Origin: an uncultured Oscillospiraceae bacterium | GTDB taxonomy: Bacteria > Spirochaetota > Spirochaetia > Sphaerochaetales > Sphaerochaetaceae | Length of the DNA: 64,000 nucleotides | Assembly: GCA_963636745.1 (NCBI GenBank) | Contig: CAVHKW010000086.1 | Location: 10,931 to 74,930 of the forward strand | Direction of reading: 5' to 3' | In this document: one piece after another, positions 44,214 to 55,213 of the stretch | Layout: every line of letters starts with the position of its first letter | How positions within the stretch are numbered: the stretch's first letter is position 1 | Notes under the pieces: model-generated | Told to the model about the DNA's origin: nothing | Seen by the model: only the letters and a program-made list of their open reading frames with translations | Databases searched by the model: none | Program-made: the position numbers and the translations under genes

Positions 44214-45312
44214 ACTTGAAGAAGACTATGTCTCCGTCCTGGACAATGTAATCCTTACCCTCGAGTCTGAGTTTCCCGTTCTCTCTTACTTTGGCTTCGC
44301 TTCCGTATGTGACAAGATCAGAATAGTTATAGACTTCAGCCTTGATGAAGCCTTTCTGGAAGTCAGTGTGTATGATTCCCGCACACTCTGGAGCCCTGCT
44401 TCCTTCCTTGAATGTCCATGCTCTGTCTTCGTCGCTTCCGGCTGTAAAGAATGTTCTGAGCCCGAGAGCGTGATAGGCTGCTCTGACAAGGTGATTCAAT
44501 CCCGACTCCTCAAGTCCTACTGCCGAGAGAAATTCCTCTTTCTCCTCCACTGACTCGAGCTCCGCTATCTCGGCTTCAATCTTACCGCATATGACAACAA
44601 CAGGCGCGTCGGAATCTTCTTTGGCGATCTCCCTCACCTCCTTTACATAGTCGTTGTCGCTGAGAATAGCGTCCTCGTCGACGTTGCATACATAGATTAC
44701 GGGTTTGAGAGTGATGAGATGGAGGTCATAGAGAAGAGCCTTCTCGTCTTCATCAAAACCCATACGGCGCGCGGCAATACCGTCGGAGAGTCCCTTCATC
44801 AGCTTCTCATAGAGTGGAAGAACCTTCTCGTTCTCCTTTGCCGTCTCCTTGTTGATACGGCCGAGTTTACTCTGCTTCTGATACCGCTTGTCGACGGTTT
44901 CGAGGTCGGAAAGTGCAAGTTCTATGTCGATTGTCTCTATATCGCCTCTAGGGTCGATTTTGTTGTTGACGTGTATGATATCGCTGTTGTCGAAGCATCT
45001 GACGACGTGTGCAATAACCCCCACTTCCTTGATTGCACCGAGGAATCTGTTTCCGAGTCCCTCACCCTGGCTCGCCCCTTTGACAAGGCCCGCTATATCG
45101 ACAAACTCAACAGTTGCAGGAACAACCCTCTCTGGCGGAATAAGCTCGACTATCTTATCGAGTCTCTTATCGGGAACATTCACCATCCCGATATTCGGAT
45201 CTATTGTACAGAAAGGATAGTTCGCAGCCTCGGCGGGAGCGGACGTAACAGCTGAAAAAATAGTAGATTTACCGACATTCGGTAACCCGACAATACCACA
45301 ATTTAAACTCAT
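44203..45312 (-). CDS. ychF: Ribosome-binding ATPase YchF
   Basis: Start at ATG 45312 (MSLNCGIVGLPNVGKSTIF). C-terminal TGS-like domain (IHTDFQKGFIKAEV). Confidence 0.9.
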   Translation of the reverse strand: MSLNCGIVGLPNVGKSTIFSAVTSAPAEAANYPFCTIDPNIGMVNVPDKRLDKIVELIPPERVVPATVEFVDIAGLVKGASQGEGLGNRFLGAIKEVGVIAHVVRCFDNSDIIHVNNKIDPRGDIETIDIELALSDLETVDKRYQKQSKLGRINKETAKENEKVLPLYEKLMKGLSDGIAARRMGFDEDEKALLYDLHLITLKPVIYVCNVDEDAILSDNDYVKEVREIAKEDSDAPVVVICGKIEAEIAELESVEEKEEFLSAVGLEESGLNHLVRAAYHALGLRTFFTAGSDEDRAWTFKEGSRAPECAGIIHTDFQKGFIKAEVYNYSDLVTYGSEAKVRENGKLRLEGKDYIVQDGDIVFFKFNI

Positions 45313-45332
45313 CGTTTTTCCTCGCCTCAATT

Positions 45333-46637
45333 ATGCAACAAAATCATTTTAATTGCTATCATGGGAATATGAATGAGAGCAATATCCTCCTCGTCATTCC
45401 ACGCCGTGAAGGAGAGCGGGAGAGAGATGTATACTACAGAGAGATAGAGATCAGATCCCTTCTTGAGACACTGGGTTTGAGAATCTCCTACGAAAAGAGC
45501 TTCACACTCAAAGAAAGACACGGTTTTGGAAAGGGACAGCTCGAGGAGATAAAAGAGCTTTGTATCACCTACGACATAACGGAAGTCGTGGTGGATGACT
45601 TTATCTCCCCGAGGGAGGAGATGAAGATGGAGGGGGTGATCAATCTTCCAGTCTCGGACAGGGAAGCTCTCATCCTCGCCATATTCAAAACCAACGCCCA
45701 CTCAATGGAAGCAAAGCTCCAGACAAGAAAAGCCGAACTTGTATATCTCAAACCACGCCTCGTCTCGAGAGAAGCAGACTACTCCCAGCAGCGCGGCGGC
45801 GTCAGAGGTGCCAAGGGAGAGGGAGAGAAGGAGAGAGAGCTCAAAAGAAGGAACATCGAGAAGGAGATCCTCACTATCGACAGGGCTCTTTCCGACATAA
45901 AGAAAAGACGTACCATCCAATACCACAGGAGAGAAAAGAACAATATCTACTCCTTTGCGCTCGCAGGCTACACAAACTCCGGTAAGACAACGCTGTTGAA
46001 TGCACTCTCAGAGAATACAAAGGCGGGAGAAGACAAGCTCTTTGCGACTCTCGACACGACAACAAGAGTCGTTACACTTCCCTCAAAGAGAAAGGTTCTC
46101 CTTTCCGACACAGTCGGCTTCATTCAAAATCTTCCGCCGTCTCTCATAGATGCATTCTCATCAACCCTCAGCGGAGCAGCCTCGGCCGACAGCATAATAA
46201 TAGTTGCAGACAGCTCGCACCCGGACGCCGTCAAATGCTTCAATACAACTCTTGAAACCCTCAAGAATCTTGGACTTGATGATAAGATATCGCTCGTTGT
46301 CATAAACAAGATCGACGAAAACAGAGATGACATAGCTCTCTCCTACCTCGAGTCATCACCATACAGGACAGTGAAGACAAGCTTCAAAGAGAAGAGAGGA
46401 ATAGAGGATCTTATATCGGCTATGGATGAAATAAGCGGCAGCTCTTTTATTACGATAACACTCACTCTCACCCCGGAGTCCCCTCTTCTTTCTTCATTGA
46501 GCCGTGACGGGACAATAAAAGATGTGAAGTACACGGATGATGGAAAGATGATCGTCAAAGCCGAAATTCATAAATCATTGAGGGTAAAATATCAAGAAGA
46601 AGAGGACCCCGTAACGGAGTCCCCGAGAAACAATTGA
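45333..46637 (+). CDS. hflX: GTPase HflX
   Basis: 434 aa. HflX N-terminal domain and G domain (LAGYTNSGKTTLLNAL, DTVGF, NKID). An alternative start is at ATG 45369. Confidence 0.85.
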   Translation: MQQNHFNCYHGNMNESNILLVIPRREGERERDVYYREIEIRSLLETLGLRISYEKSFTLKERHGFGKGQLEEIKELCITYDITEVVVDDFISPREEMKMEGVINLPVSDREALILAIFKTNAHSMEAKLQTRKAELVYLKPRLVSREADYSQQRGGVRGAKGEGEKERELKRRNIEKEILTIDRALSDIKKRRTIQYHRREKNNIYSFALAGYTNSGKTTLLNALSENTKAGEDKLFATLDTTTRVVTLPSKRKVLLSDTVGFIQNLPPSLIDAFSSTLSGAASADSIIIVADSSHPDAVKCFNTTLETLKNLGLDDKISLVVINKIDENRDDIALSYLESSPYRTVKTSFKEKRGIEDLISAMDEISGSSFITITLTLTPESPLLSSLSRDGTIKDVKYTDDGKMIVKAEIHKSLRVKYQEEEDPVTESPRNN

Positions 46638-46644
46638 TTCTCTC

Positions 46645-47148
46645 TTAGAATGTGTAGACTGCACCAAGTACACCGTAGAAGATTGGTGAGAATGTAGCAC
46701 CTGACTTAACGAATACCATACCGCAACCGCCGCCGAGCTTGAGGAACATTGTGATTGGAACATCGCTCCATGTATATTCAGCACCTGCAGCAAGGAATGC
46801 ATCGAGGCCGAGTGTACCCTGCTGAAGTGTGACTGCAACAGCAGGACCGGCAGAGAAGGAGATTGTCTGTGTCTTTGTGAGAGCGCCTGTATTGAACTTC
46901 CAGTCATAGAAGTTGTAGTAAGCGCCGAGATCACCGTAGAACTTGAAGTCTCCGATGAACTTAACACCAACGCTTCCCTGAAGATCAAACTTTCCCATAC
47001 CGTACTTTACAGCAACACCTGTGTTGGTACCTACTGCAACACCGAGAGAAAGATCATTCTTCTTGCTTGTGCCTGTTGTCTGTGCAGCAAAAACAGAACA
47101 GAGAGCAAGAGCAAAGATAAGAACCAAAGCAATAATTTTTTTGTTCAT
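46645..47148 (-). CDS. Small outer-membrane beta-barrel-like protein
   Basis: 167 aa. Signal peptide, alternating strand pattern and a C-terminal aromatic residue (GAVYTF). Confidence 0.5.
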   Translation of the reverse strand: MNKKIIALVLIFALALCSVFAAQTTGTSKKNDLSLGVAVGTNTGVAVKYGMGKFDLQGSVGVKFIGDFKFYGDLGAYYNFYDWKFNTGALTKTQTISFSAGPAVAVTLQQGTLGLDAFLAAGAEYTWSDVPITMFLKLGGGCGMVFVKSGATFSPIFYGVLGAVYTF

Positions 47149-47271
47149 TATATTTTCTCCTTGAATAATGACTAATTTTAACTAGCCACAATAATCGTAC
47201 AAAAACCGAATTTTGAAAAGAGTGTGCGCTATTTTTCTTATCCTTTCATTGTGTTATTATTGTGAACTGTA

Positions 47272-48279
47272 ATGGCTCAATTATATTGTTTGGATAATAG
47301 TAAACTTCAGGAAATACTGGCGCTTGAAAAACCCTTTCAGGCAAAGATAGTACGTTCCTTCCTCGACAGGGGTGTCACGGACTTCAAGGAGATGACATCT
47401 CTTCCGAAGGATGTGAGAGAGCGTCTCTCATCCTCCTTTCCCTCTGCTCTCTCAAGCTCCGTCAGGACAAAAGTCGAGAGTACGGATGCCGTAAAACTTC
47501 TTCTCACTCTCGAGGACGGCCTCGAGATAGAGTGCGTAAGACTCTCGGATGGCAATGGACGCTACACGGCATGTCTCTCCAGTCAGGTGGGATGTGCAAT
47601 GCACTGCGCTTTCTGTGCAACAGGAACAATGGGGATAAAGAGAAGTCTCAAGTGCGGTGAAATCGTAGAGGAGTACATACATCTCGAAAAGCTCGGGGAG
47701 CACATCAGCCATATAGTATTCATGGGTATGGGTGAGCCGATGGCCAACTTCAAGGAAGTTATGAGCGCCGTAACGGAGCTCCACAGGGAGGACGGGATCA
47801 ACATATCGTACAGGAGAATCACAATCTCGACATGCGGTCTTGTTCCCGGGATTAAGAGACTTGGAGAACTAAATATCCCGGTAAAACTTGCAGTTTCCCT
47901 CGTCTCAGCATCAAACGAGACAAGAAGCAGAATAATGAAGATCAACTCCACCTACCCTCTCGGAGAGTTGAAGAAGGCCCTCCTGCAGTTCCAGCATAAA
48001 GGAGAGAAGAGAATCACACTCGAATATTGTCTTCTCGGGGGCGTCAACACATCAAAGGAGAGCGCCGAAGATCTCTTCCACTTCGTGAAGGGACTCGATG
48101 TACTTGTAAACCTCATCAAGTGGAATCCTATTCCATCCCTTCCGTTCGAAAGCCCGACGGATGCCGAGGTAAGTTCATTTACCAAAGAACTCAAGCGCCT
48201 CAACATTCCATATACAATAAGACGCAGCAAGGGACAGGACGGGAATGCCGCGTGCGGGATGCTTGTAACTAAGAAATGA
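47272..48279 (+). CDS. rlmN: 23S rRNA/tRNA adenine-C2 methyltransferase RlmN (radical SAM)
   Basis: 335 aa. GCAMHCAFCATG cluster motif, MGMGEP, and a C-terminal conserved Cys (NAACGML). Confidence 0.85.
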   Translation: MAQLYCLDNSKLQEILALEKPFQAKIVRSFLDRGVTDFKEMTSLPKDVRERLSSSFPSALSSSVRTKVESTDAVKLLLTLEDGLEIECVRLSDGNGRYTACLSSQVGCAMHCAFCATGTMGIKRSLKCGEIVEEYIHLEKLGEHISHIVFMGMGEPMANFKEVMSAVTELHREDGINISYRRITISTCGLVPGIKRLGELNIPVKLAVSLVSASNETRSRIMKINSTYPLGELKKALLQFQHKGEKRITLEYCLLGGVNTSKESAEDLFHFVKGLDVLVNLIKWNPIPSLPFESPTDAEVSSFTKELKRLNIPYTIRRSKGQDGNAACGMLVTKK

Positions 48280-49411
48280 TCTTCTCGAAGACTATGAGAA
48301 CGAAGAGGAAGAAGAAATTAAGAAGCGAGAACTCCTTTAGATAGTCCCCCTTTTTCCCGGGATAACGGTGACAATATTCACGGAAAGTGATCAATGAGGC
48401 AAGGCTTGCGATAAGCGTTCCCACTCCCCCTATATTTACCCCCAGAAGGAGGTTCCTGTAATCGGATGAGAACTGGGAAAGAAGTATTGCCGACGGAACG
48501 TTGCTGATTACCTGGCAGGAGAGAGCCGAGAAGACGAGAGCATCCTTACCGAGAAGATAGGAGAAGAAGCGTCTTACACTCTCTATTCTTGCCATATTCC
48601 CGGCAAAGATGAAGAAGAAGACGAATGTAAAGAGTAAAGGATAATCAACCTTCGAGAGAGCTTTCCTGTCTATGAAAAAGAGGGAGAATGGAATTACGAT
48701 AAGCCCCCAATAGTAGGGAATGATGCGGAATACGATGATGATCGAAAATGCAAAGAGAGCAAGAAGAACCAGAGTCTTAGTTTTGTCAAGGACGATCTTC
48801 TCATCCTCTATCTCCACTTCTTCATTCTTCACTACAAGAATACAGCATATTGTTATGAGAGCTATCGAGAGAATGAAAGGCGGCGCCATAATGGAGAGGA
48901 ACTCCCCGTTCGGTATGTTGAACTTCGAGTAGAGATATAGATTCTGAGGGTTACCGAAAGGAGTGAGCATTCCCCCCAGGTTTGCCGCGATGTTCTGCAT
49001 GATGAAGCAGAAAGACATGTACTTCTCCTTCTTTGTCGTGGTGAGGACGAGTGCCCCCAGAGGAAGGAATGTCAAAAGCGCCATATCGTTGGCAATGAGC
49101 ATAGAGCCTATGAATGTAATGTAGACTATGGCGATGACAGCCTTGCGGGTTGTTTTGAAGACTCCCGCGATCTTTCTTGCAACGAGATAGAAGAAGTTTA
49201 TGTCCTTCAATGCCGATACTACGGCAAGCACACAGAAGAGACATGTCAGCGTCTTGAAATCGAAATAGCCGATGTAATTTTCATCGGGAGGAATAATAAG
49301 AGAGGTGACTGCCGCAAGAACGAAGGCAATCACCATAACAAAGTTCTTTTTGATAAAATCTACAAAAAAAGGAGAGTGTACCACGCCCCTGTTGACCACA
49401 ATATCTTTCAT
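48269..49411 (-). CDS. Anion permease (ArsB/NhaD / CitMHS superfamily)
   Basis: 380 aa, polytopic. TPFGNPQNLYL is typical of this superfamily. Confidence 0.55.
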   Translation of the reverse strand: MKDIVVNRGVVHSPFFVDFIKKNFVMVIAFVLAAVTSLIIPPDENYIGYFDFKTLTCLFCVLAVVSALKDINFFYLVARKIAGVFKTTRKAVIAIVYITFIGSMLIANDMALLTFLPLGALVLTTTKKEKYMSFCFIMQNIAANLGGMLTPFGNPQNLYLYSKFNIPNGEFLSIMAPPFILSIALITICCILVVKNEEVEIEDEKIVLDKTKTLVLLALFAFSIIIVFRIIPYYWGLIVIPFSLFFIDRKALSKVDYPLLFTFVFFFIFAGNMARIESVRRFFSYLLGKDALVFSALSCQVISNVPSAILLSQFSSDYRNLLLGVNIGGVGTLIASLASLITFREYCHRYPGKKGDYLKEFSLLNFFFLFVLIVFEKIIS

Positions 49412-49450
49412 AACCGGAGAGAAGTATAGTCAACAAGAGCATTCAGTCAA

Positions 49451-49975
49451 CTAGATGAAAAAGAGCCTTCCGGCCTTCCTCTCTTTAGCCTGAGGCTTTC
49501 GGCTCCCGTCATAGTAACCGAGTGCGATATGGCCCACTCCGACATATTCGTCTTTGAGGCCGAGAGATGAGATGAGAGCCTTCCCCCACTCTGTTTCGAG
49601 TTCCTCCTTCGCCCTGTGAATCCAGCATGTACCGAGACCGAGTGATGTTGCGGCGATGAGCATGTTCTCGATGGATGCAGCACCGTCGAGAAAAGCCGTG
49701 GAGCTTCCCTTCTTGTCAGCAACAAGAATTACGACCGGTGCACCATAGAAAGGATCAATGTTTTCCTTTCCCATAACGGAGGCATTGAGCGCCCTGATTT
49801 CGTCAAGCTTCTTCCTGTCCTCTATTACTATGATTACGCTGTCCTGTCTTCCCGCGCCTGACGGAGCATAGAGCCCGGCTTTCACAATTTCCTCTATCTT
49901 CTCTCTTTCAACTTTTCTGTCATCGAAGGCTCTTACAGCCCTTCTTCCCATGATTGTTTTGATGATTTCATTCAT
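49451..49975 (-). CDS. Nitroreductase-family protein
   Basis: 174 aa. RRAVRAFDDRKV...APSGAGRQ. Confidence 0.8.
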   Translation of the reverse strand: MNEIIKTIMGRRAVRAFDDRKVEREKIEEIVKAGLYAPSGAGRQDSVIIVIEDRKKLDEIRALNASVMGKENIDPFYGAPVVILVADKKGSSTAFLDGAASIENMLIAATSLGLGTCWIHRAKEELETEWGKALISSLGLKDEYVGVGHIALGYYDGSRKPQAKERKAGRLFFI

Positions 49976-50113
49976 ATTTCACCTCTTTTCATTATTATTT
50001 TCAAAGAAAATGGAAAATTCAAGGCCGGAATTATATACAGCTTATGGACATTATCCGAGACATATCCCCGCAATTTGTACTTTTATATTTTCTCTTCCCC
50101 CTTTATTTGTCCA

Positions 50114-50142
50114 AAGACACATTTATATAGCAAAGCTATAAT
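50114..50142 (+). promoter_or_regulatory. Promoter-like element (AAGACA-N17-TATAAT) with overlapping palindrome TATAGC-AAA-GCTATA
   Basis: -10 at 50137-42, only 8 nt before ATG 50151. Palindrome at 50126-50140. No SD is visible. Confidence 0.45.
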
Positions 50143-50150
50143 AAAGTACT

Positions 50151-50651
50151 ATGTCAACTAAGGAGATTTTTATAGCGAATTTAAAGAAATTGAGGGTGGA
50201 AAAAGGCTGGTCGCAATACGAGCTGGCATCCCGTTCGGGACTCTCGTCCAAGCAGGTTTCACGGCTTGAGACAGGCGGGAGTTTCCCCACTTCAGCGACC
50301 CTCGACATATTATCATCAACATTCGGCGTTCCGGTCTCCTCGTTCTTTGTTGATCCCGGGGATCCATATGCCGCCATCGATTTCAGAGTGCTCTACACAA
50401 TCGTCAACGAGCTCTCCACTTTCTATACCACATCGATAAAGGCAACGACAAACGCTCTCTTCAACGACATGCGTGAGCTTATAAAAGAGAACAGGTTCGA
50501 CAGATTTGAATTCGAGAAGCTTATCGATCCCGATACTCTCACATCCTTTTTCGAGAAGAGCAGAAAGGAGAGTGTCGATATTAAGGAAGTCATGAAAGGT
50601 GCCATCTCGGAGATGATGAAGGATTCCCTTTTAAAGAACGACAAAGAATAA
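50151..50651 (+). CDS. XRE-family HTH transcriptional regulator
   Basis: 166 aa. LRVEKGWSQYELASRSGLSSKQVSRLETG. Confidence 0.8.
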   Translation: MSTKEIFIANLKKLRVEKGWSQYELASRSGLSSKQVSRLETGGSFPTSATLDILSSTFGVPVSSFFVDPGDPYAAIDFRVLYTIVNELSTFYTTSIKATTNALFNDMRELIKENRFDRFEFEKLIDPDTLTSFFEKSRKESVDIKEVMKGAISEMMKDSLLKNDKE

Positions 50652-50652
50652 A

Positions 50653-50676
50653 GGCAGCTGAATTACTCCAGCTGCC
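50653..50676. terminator. Hairpin between convergent genes (GGCAGCTG-N8-CAGCTGCC)
   Basis: Perfect 8-bp stem. The U-tracts on both sides are weak. Confidence 0.45.
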
Positions 50677-50695
50677 GCATCTTAAATAATATACT

Positions 50696-51679
50696 TCAAA
50701 GTGTCGCAAGCATTACGGCCTTTATAGTATGCATTCTGTTTTCAGCTTCATCGAAGACAATTGAAGCTTCACTTTCGAAGACGGCGTCTTCAACTTCCAT
50801 TTCAGTCAAACCGAACTTCTCATATATATCCATTCCGACCTTTGTCTCGAGATCATGGAATGCAGGAAGGCAGTGCATGAAGCGGCACCCCGGTCCTGCG
50901 TTCTGAAGCAAAGCCTTCGTTACGCGGTAGGGTGAAAGCTTCTCTATTCTTTCCTTCCACACGCTCTCGCTCTCCCCCATGCTGACCCAGACATCTGTAT
51001 AGATTACATCCTGTCCCTTCGTGGCAGTGAGAGGATCGCTTTCAAGTCTTATGACAGCACCGGTTTTTGAAGCTGTCTCCCGCGCTGTCTTTAAAAGGTC
51101 CTCCGGAGGAAAATACCCCTCGGGGGCACAGAGGGTAATATCGAGCCCCATCTTCGCGGCACCGACCATCAACGAGCACCCCATATTGTATCTTGCGTCC
51201 CCCATATAGCAGAGTTTGATTCCCGCAAGATGTCCGAAGTGTTCCTTAATTGTCATAAAGTCGGCAAGAATCTGAGTCGGGTGGAACTCGTTTGTAAGTC
51301 CGTTCCATACCGGAACTCCCGCCCACTTGCTCAATTCCTCAACTCTCTCCTGCCCGTAACCGCGGTATTCAATGCCGTCGAACATTCTTCCGAGTACACG
51401 TGCCGTATCTTTAATGGACTCCTTCTTCCCCAGCTGGGATGAGGATGAGTCAAGATAGACGGAGTGCATGCCGAGGTCCGAGGCTGCAACTTCAAAGGCA
51501 CAGCGGGTACGTGTCGATGTCTTCTCGAAGATGAGAGCGATGTTCTTTCCCGTCAAAAGGGCGTGTTCCTTTCCCCTCTTCTTCTCATCTTTCAGCTTGA
51601 TTGCAAGATCAATAAGATACGATATCTCATCCGGAGTAAAATCCAGGAGCTTCAGAAAACTTCTATTTTTCAAATCCAT
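50696..51679 (-). CDS. argF: Ornithine carbamoyltransferase
   Basis: 327 aa. [31 protein letters not shown]. Confidence 0.85.
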   Translation of the reverse strand: MDLKNRSFLKLLDFTPDEISYLIDLAIKLKDEKKRGKEHALLTGKNIALIFEKTSTRTRCAFEVAASDLGMHSVYLDSSSSQLGKKESIKDTARVLGRMFDGIEYRGYGQERVEELSKWAGVPVWNGLTNEFHPTQILADFMTIKEHFGHLAGIKLCYMGDARYNMGCSLMVGAAKMGLDITLCAPEGYFPPEDLLKTARETASKTGAVIRLESDPLTATKGQDVIYTDVWVSMGESESVWKERIEKLSPYRVTKALLQNAGPGCRFMHCLPAFHDLETKVGMDIYEKFGLTEMEVEDAVFESEASIVFDEAENRMHTIKAVMLATL

Positions 51680-51688
51680 AATTATCTC

Positions 51689-52411
51689 CTATAAAACTTT
51701 GGACAAAAATGTCCTGAGTCTCTCACTCTTCGGGTGAGAGAATATCTCGTCGGGCTTTCCCTCTTCGGTAATTGTTCCGTCGCTGAGAAAGAGAACACGT
51801 GACGACACCTCCCTGGCAAAGCCCATCTCATGTGTCACCACAACCATTGTCATACCTGATGCTGCAAGTTCCTTCATGACGAACAGAACTTCGCCGACCA
51901 TCTCGGGGTCGAGTGCGGATGTGGGCTCGTCGAAGAGCATGATGGAGGGCTCCATACAGAGCGCCCTTACTATTGCAACACGCTGCTGCTGTCCCCCCGA
52001 GAGCGACGAGGGCCTCATAAGTGCCTTATCCTTAAGCCCTACTCTTTCAAGAAGTCTCATTCCCCTCGCCTCTGCTTCATCCTTTCCAAGGAGCTTCAGC
52101 GTAACTGGAGCCACCGTGAGATTATCGAGGACACTCATATGAGGAAAAAGATTGAACGACTGGAAGACAAAGCCTATCTTCCGTCTGTAGAGGTCCACAT
52201 CGAGGTCTTTGTCCGCCAGGTCCTTTCCTTCGAAGTAGATATGCCCGGACGACGGTTTCTCGAGGAGGTTTAAGCACCTCAGGAATGTCGACTTACCCTC
52301 GCCAGAGGGACCTATTATCGAAATGACATCGCCTTTATTTATCCTGCAGTTTACATTTCTCAATACGCTTACATCTCCGAATGACTTACAGAGGTTATCT
52401 ACTTCGATCAT
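51689..52411 (-). CDS. Polar amino acid ABC transporter ATP-binding protein
   Basis: Start at ATG 52411 with an [43 protein letters not shown]. Confidence 0.9.
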   Translation of the reverse strand: MIEVDNLCKSFGDVSVLRNVNCRINKGDVISIIGPSGEGKSTFLRCLNLLEKPSSGHIYFEGKDLADKDLDVDLYRRKIGFVFQSFNLFPHMSVLDNLTVAPVTLKLLGKDEAEARGMRLLERVGLKDKALMRPSSLSGGQQQRVAIVRALCMEPSIMLFDEPTSALDPEMVGEVLFVMKELAASGMTMVVVTHEMGFAREVSSRVLFLSDGTITEEGKPDEIFSHPKSERLRTFLSKVL

Positions 52412-53081
52412 TTTTGAGCCTCCTTTCAAAGTGAGAGAGCGTCTTTGTGAGCATAATGACTATCAATAGATAGATGACGGCTACAAGAAGAAGCGGGTTC
52501 ACAGCATCATATGTGTTGTTTCTTACGAGGTTTCCCGCCCTCGTGAGGTCGATTACCGCCACATACCCCGCAACTGCCGTCTCCTTGAGAAGCGCAATAA
52601 GCTCGTTGCCGACAGCGGGAAGAATATATCTTACCGCCTGGGGAAGAATGATCTTACGCATACTCTGAACCCTGGAGAGCCCGAGACTACGCCCCGCCTC
52701 CATTTGTCCGTGTGAGACTGCGTTGATTCCGCTTCTTATGAGCTCCGCCATATATGCCGATGAGTTGATGCCGAATGTGATTACGGCAACAAGAAGACCG
52801 TCAGAGCTTTTCAAGATAATGAAGTAGAAGATGAGAAGAAGTACGACAACAGGAATTCCCCTGATTACAGTAACGTAAATCTTACAGATCTTATCAAGAA
52901 CCCTGAGCTTCTCGTTATCCTCCGCAAGGTACCTCACCGCCGCTATAACTCCTCCCAGCACAATCGAAATGAAGAGAGCGCCGAGCGTTATGATAATGGT
53001 GTTCACGAGGCCTTCAATCATAATGGAGTAATAGCCGCTCTCGATGAAAGTCTCGTTTAATTTATTCAGCCAGCCTGCCAT
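52395..53081 (-). CDS. Polar amino acid ABC transporter permease
   Basis: Start at ATG 53081 (MAGWLNK...). EAA-type loop: [23 protein letters not shown]. Confidence 0.85.
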   Translation of the reverse strand: MAGWLNKLNETFIESGYYSIMIEGLVNTIIITLGALFISIVLGGVIAAVRYLAEDNEKLRVLDKICKIYVTVIRGIPVVVLLLIFYFIILKSSDGLLVAVITFGINSSAYMAELIRSGINAVSHGQMEAGRSLGLSRVQSMRKIILPQAVRYILPAVGNELIALLKETAVAGYVAVIDLTRAGNLVRNNTYDAVNPLLLVAVIYLLIVIMLTKTLSHFERRLKNDRSR

Positions 53082-53085
53082 GCGA

Positions 53086-53847
53086 TTACCTTTCCGGGCT
53101 TGTGTATGGAGCGTCGTACTTCTTGAAGATACTCTCGATGGTGCCGTCCTCGAGAAGCTCAACGATTACTGCGTTGATCTTGTCTCTGAGCTCCGTGTTC
53201 TTGAGAGAGAGTGCGAATGCATAGGGCTCCGTCGTCATGGCTTCGTCAAGAATTACAAGCTTCTTATCGGCTGTGCTGTTGTAGGATGCAACCATCTCGG
53301 CTGCAGTAAGGTCGTCTATAACCCATGCATCGACCTTTCCGCTCGTGAGTGCCGCTTCGGCATCGCTGTTTGCACTGAATGCAGAGATTGTATATCCCAT
53401 CTCCATTGCATAGCTTTCGGCAGTTGTTCCCGTCTGGACGGAGATCGTCTTACCGCTGAGGTCGCTCTTACCCTTTATTGTGCTTCCCTCCATAACGACG
53501 ATAGCCTGGGCTGCAAGGCAGTACGGATCTGTGAAGAGAACATTCTTCTTTCTCTTTTCCGTTACCGTTATACCCGATGCACCGACAGTGAACTTTCCGC
53601 TCTGGACCCCCGGAAGGACCGAGTCGAAATCCATTTGATTGACTTCAAGCTCGAGAGAGAGCTTATCTGCAACGATGGAGAGTATGTCGATTTCAATTCC
53701 GACTACGCTGTTGTTGTCTCCCAGGTATTCGAAGGGAGGAAAATCAGGGCTTGTTGCAACACTGAGTTTTCCGCTGCCGTCTTTCTTCGAGCAGCTTGTA
53801 AGAACGAGAAGCGCGATCATAATGATGATGAAAAACTTATTCTTCAT
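53086..53847 (-). CDS. Amino acid ABC transporter substrate-binding lipoprotein
   Basis: 253 aa. Lipobox LVLTSC and a family-3 SBP pattern (FPPFEY, ITVTEKRKKNVLFTDPY). Confidence 0.8.
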   Translation of the reverse strand: MKNKFFIIIMIALLVLTSCSKKDGSGKLSVATSPDFPPFEYLGDNNSVVGIEIDILSIVADKLSLELEVNQMDFDSVLPGVQSGKFTVGASGITVTEKRKKNVLFTDPYCLAAQAIVVMEGSTIKGKSDLSGKTISVQTGTTAESYAMEMGYTISAFSANSDAEAALTSGKVDAWVIDDLTAAEMVASYNSTADKKLVILDEAMTTEPYAFALSLKNTELRDKINAVIVELLEDGTIESIFKKYDAPYTSPER

Positions 53848-55213
53848 TGTTTACCTTCCTTACATAATCTATCTGTTCCTGAACCCTGCCGGGTCCGCCG
53901 AGGCTCTGTCGTCTCTCCACGCATCGCCTCAAGTCGATTGCCGAGTATAAAGAGGAGTCGAAGAGCGGAGAGTGCTCCTTATATTTCCCGATCGGATACG
54001 TCTCGAGAATATACCCGCTCTCTATACACTCTCTTACTATCTCCCCCGCTATCTTGTAGGCGCTTCTGAATGCCATCCCCTTTGAAACAAGCCAGTCGGC
54101 AAGGTCGGTTGCATTCATAAAACCTTCCTTCGACGAGAGGAGCATTCTCTCCTTATCGGCCTCCATAGTGGAGATCATCCCCTTCATCACCTTAAGTGAA
54201 GAGATGGTGGTGTCGATTGCATCGAAGAGTCCCTCCTTGTCCTCCTGCATGTCCTTGTTGTAGGCAAGGGGAAGACCTTTCAAAACAGTCAGCATCGCCA
54301 TCAATGAGCCGTATACCCGTCCCGTCTTTCCTCTTATGAGCTCCGCCATGTCGCTGTTCTTCTTCTGCGGCATGATGGAAGATCCCGTCGTGTAGGCTGA
54401 AGAGAGGGAGACAAAGCCGAACTCCCAGCTCGTCCATAAGACAAGCTCTTCGCTGAGCCTGGAGAGGTGCATCATTATCAGAGAGAGATTCGAGAGTGTC
54501 TCGACTGTGCAGTCTCTGTCAGATACCCCGTCCATGCTGTTCATAGAGGCTCCAGTGAAAGATAGGAGCGAGGCTTCATAAACCCTGTCTGTCTTAAATG
54601 TGGTGCCGGCAAGAGCACACGATCCGATCGGCGAGATATTGATTCTCTTTTTCGTATCCCCGAGTCTCTCTCTGTCCCTGAGAAACATCATGGCATAAGC
54701 GAGAAGATGGTGGCCGAACGTCACGGGCTGTGCCTTCTGAAGATGAGTGTAGCCCGGCATTATGACATCCCTGTACTCGTCGGCTCTGTCCACAATTACC
54801 GAGATAAGCGCCTTGAGAAGTAAATCTATCTCCTCAGTTTCCTTTCTGAGATAGAGTCTCTCGTCTTGGGCAACCTGATCGTTGCGGCTCCGCGCGGTAT
54901 GGAGCTTCTTTCCGGCCTCTCCTATCCTCTCTGTGAGAACCTCCTCGATGAACATGTGGATATCTTCACTGTCTGATGATATCTCGAGCTTTCCGCTCTC
55001 TATATCAGAAAGGATCTCCTCGAGGCCCCGGACTATCTGATTCTTCTCATCTTCTCCTATGATGGAGCAGTGAGCGAGCATCTCGGCATGTGCTATACTC
55101 GCCGTTATGTCCTCTTTGTACATCCTCTTATCGAAGGAGATGGAGGAGTTGAAGCTGTCAGCTGTTTTGTCAGTTATGCCGTCGGTGCGTCCGACCCACA
55201 TCTTAGCCATCAA
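53837..55213 (-). CDS. argH: Argininosuccinate lyase
   Basis: 458 aa. Fumarate-lyase signature [10 protein letters not shown] and an ArgH-type N-terminus. Confidence 0.9.
   Translation of the reverse strand: MMAKMWVGRTDGITDKTADSFNSSISFDKRMYKEDITASIAHAEMLAHCSIIGEDEKNQIVRGLEEILSDIESGKLEISSDSEDIHMFIEEVLTERIGEAGKKLHTARSRNDQVAQDERLYLRKETEEIDLLLKALISVIVDRADEYRDVIMPGYTHLQKAQPVTFGHHLLAYAMMFLRDRERLGDTKKRINISPIGSCALAGTTFKTDRVYEASLLSFTGASMNSMDGVSDRDCTVETLSNLSLIMMHLSRLSEELVLWTSWEFGFVSLSSAYTTGSSIMPQKKNSDMAELIRGKTGRVYGSLMAMLTVLKGLPLAYNKDMQEDKEGLFDAIDTTISSLKVMKGMISTMEADKERMLLSSKEGFMNATDLADWLVSKGMAFRSAYKIAGEIVRECIESGYILETYPIGKYKEHSPLFDSSLYSAIDLRRCVERRQSLGGPGRVQEQIDYVRKVNNEE

Noticed and set aside
53044-54069. 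341-aa plus-strand ORF
   Set aside because: It is antisense to the SBP gene and the argH 3' end. It is Cys/Arg-rich with no recognisable motifs. Shadow ORF.
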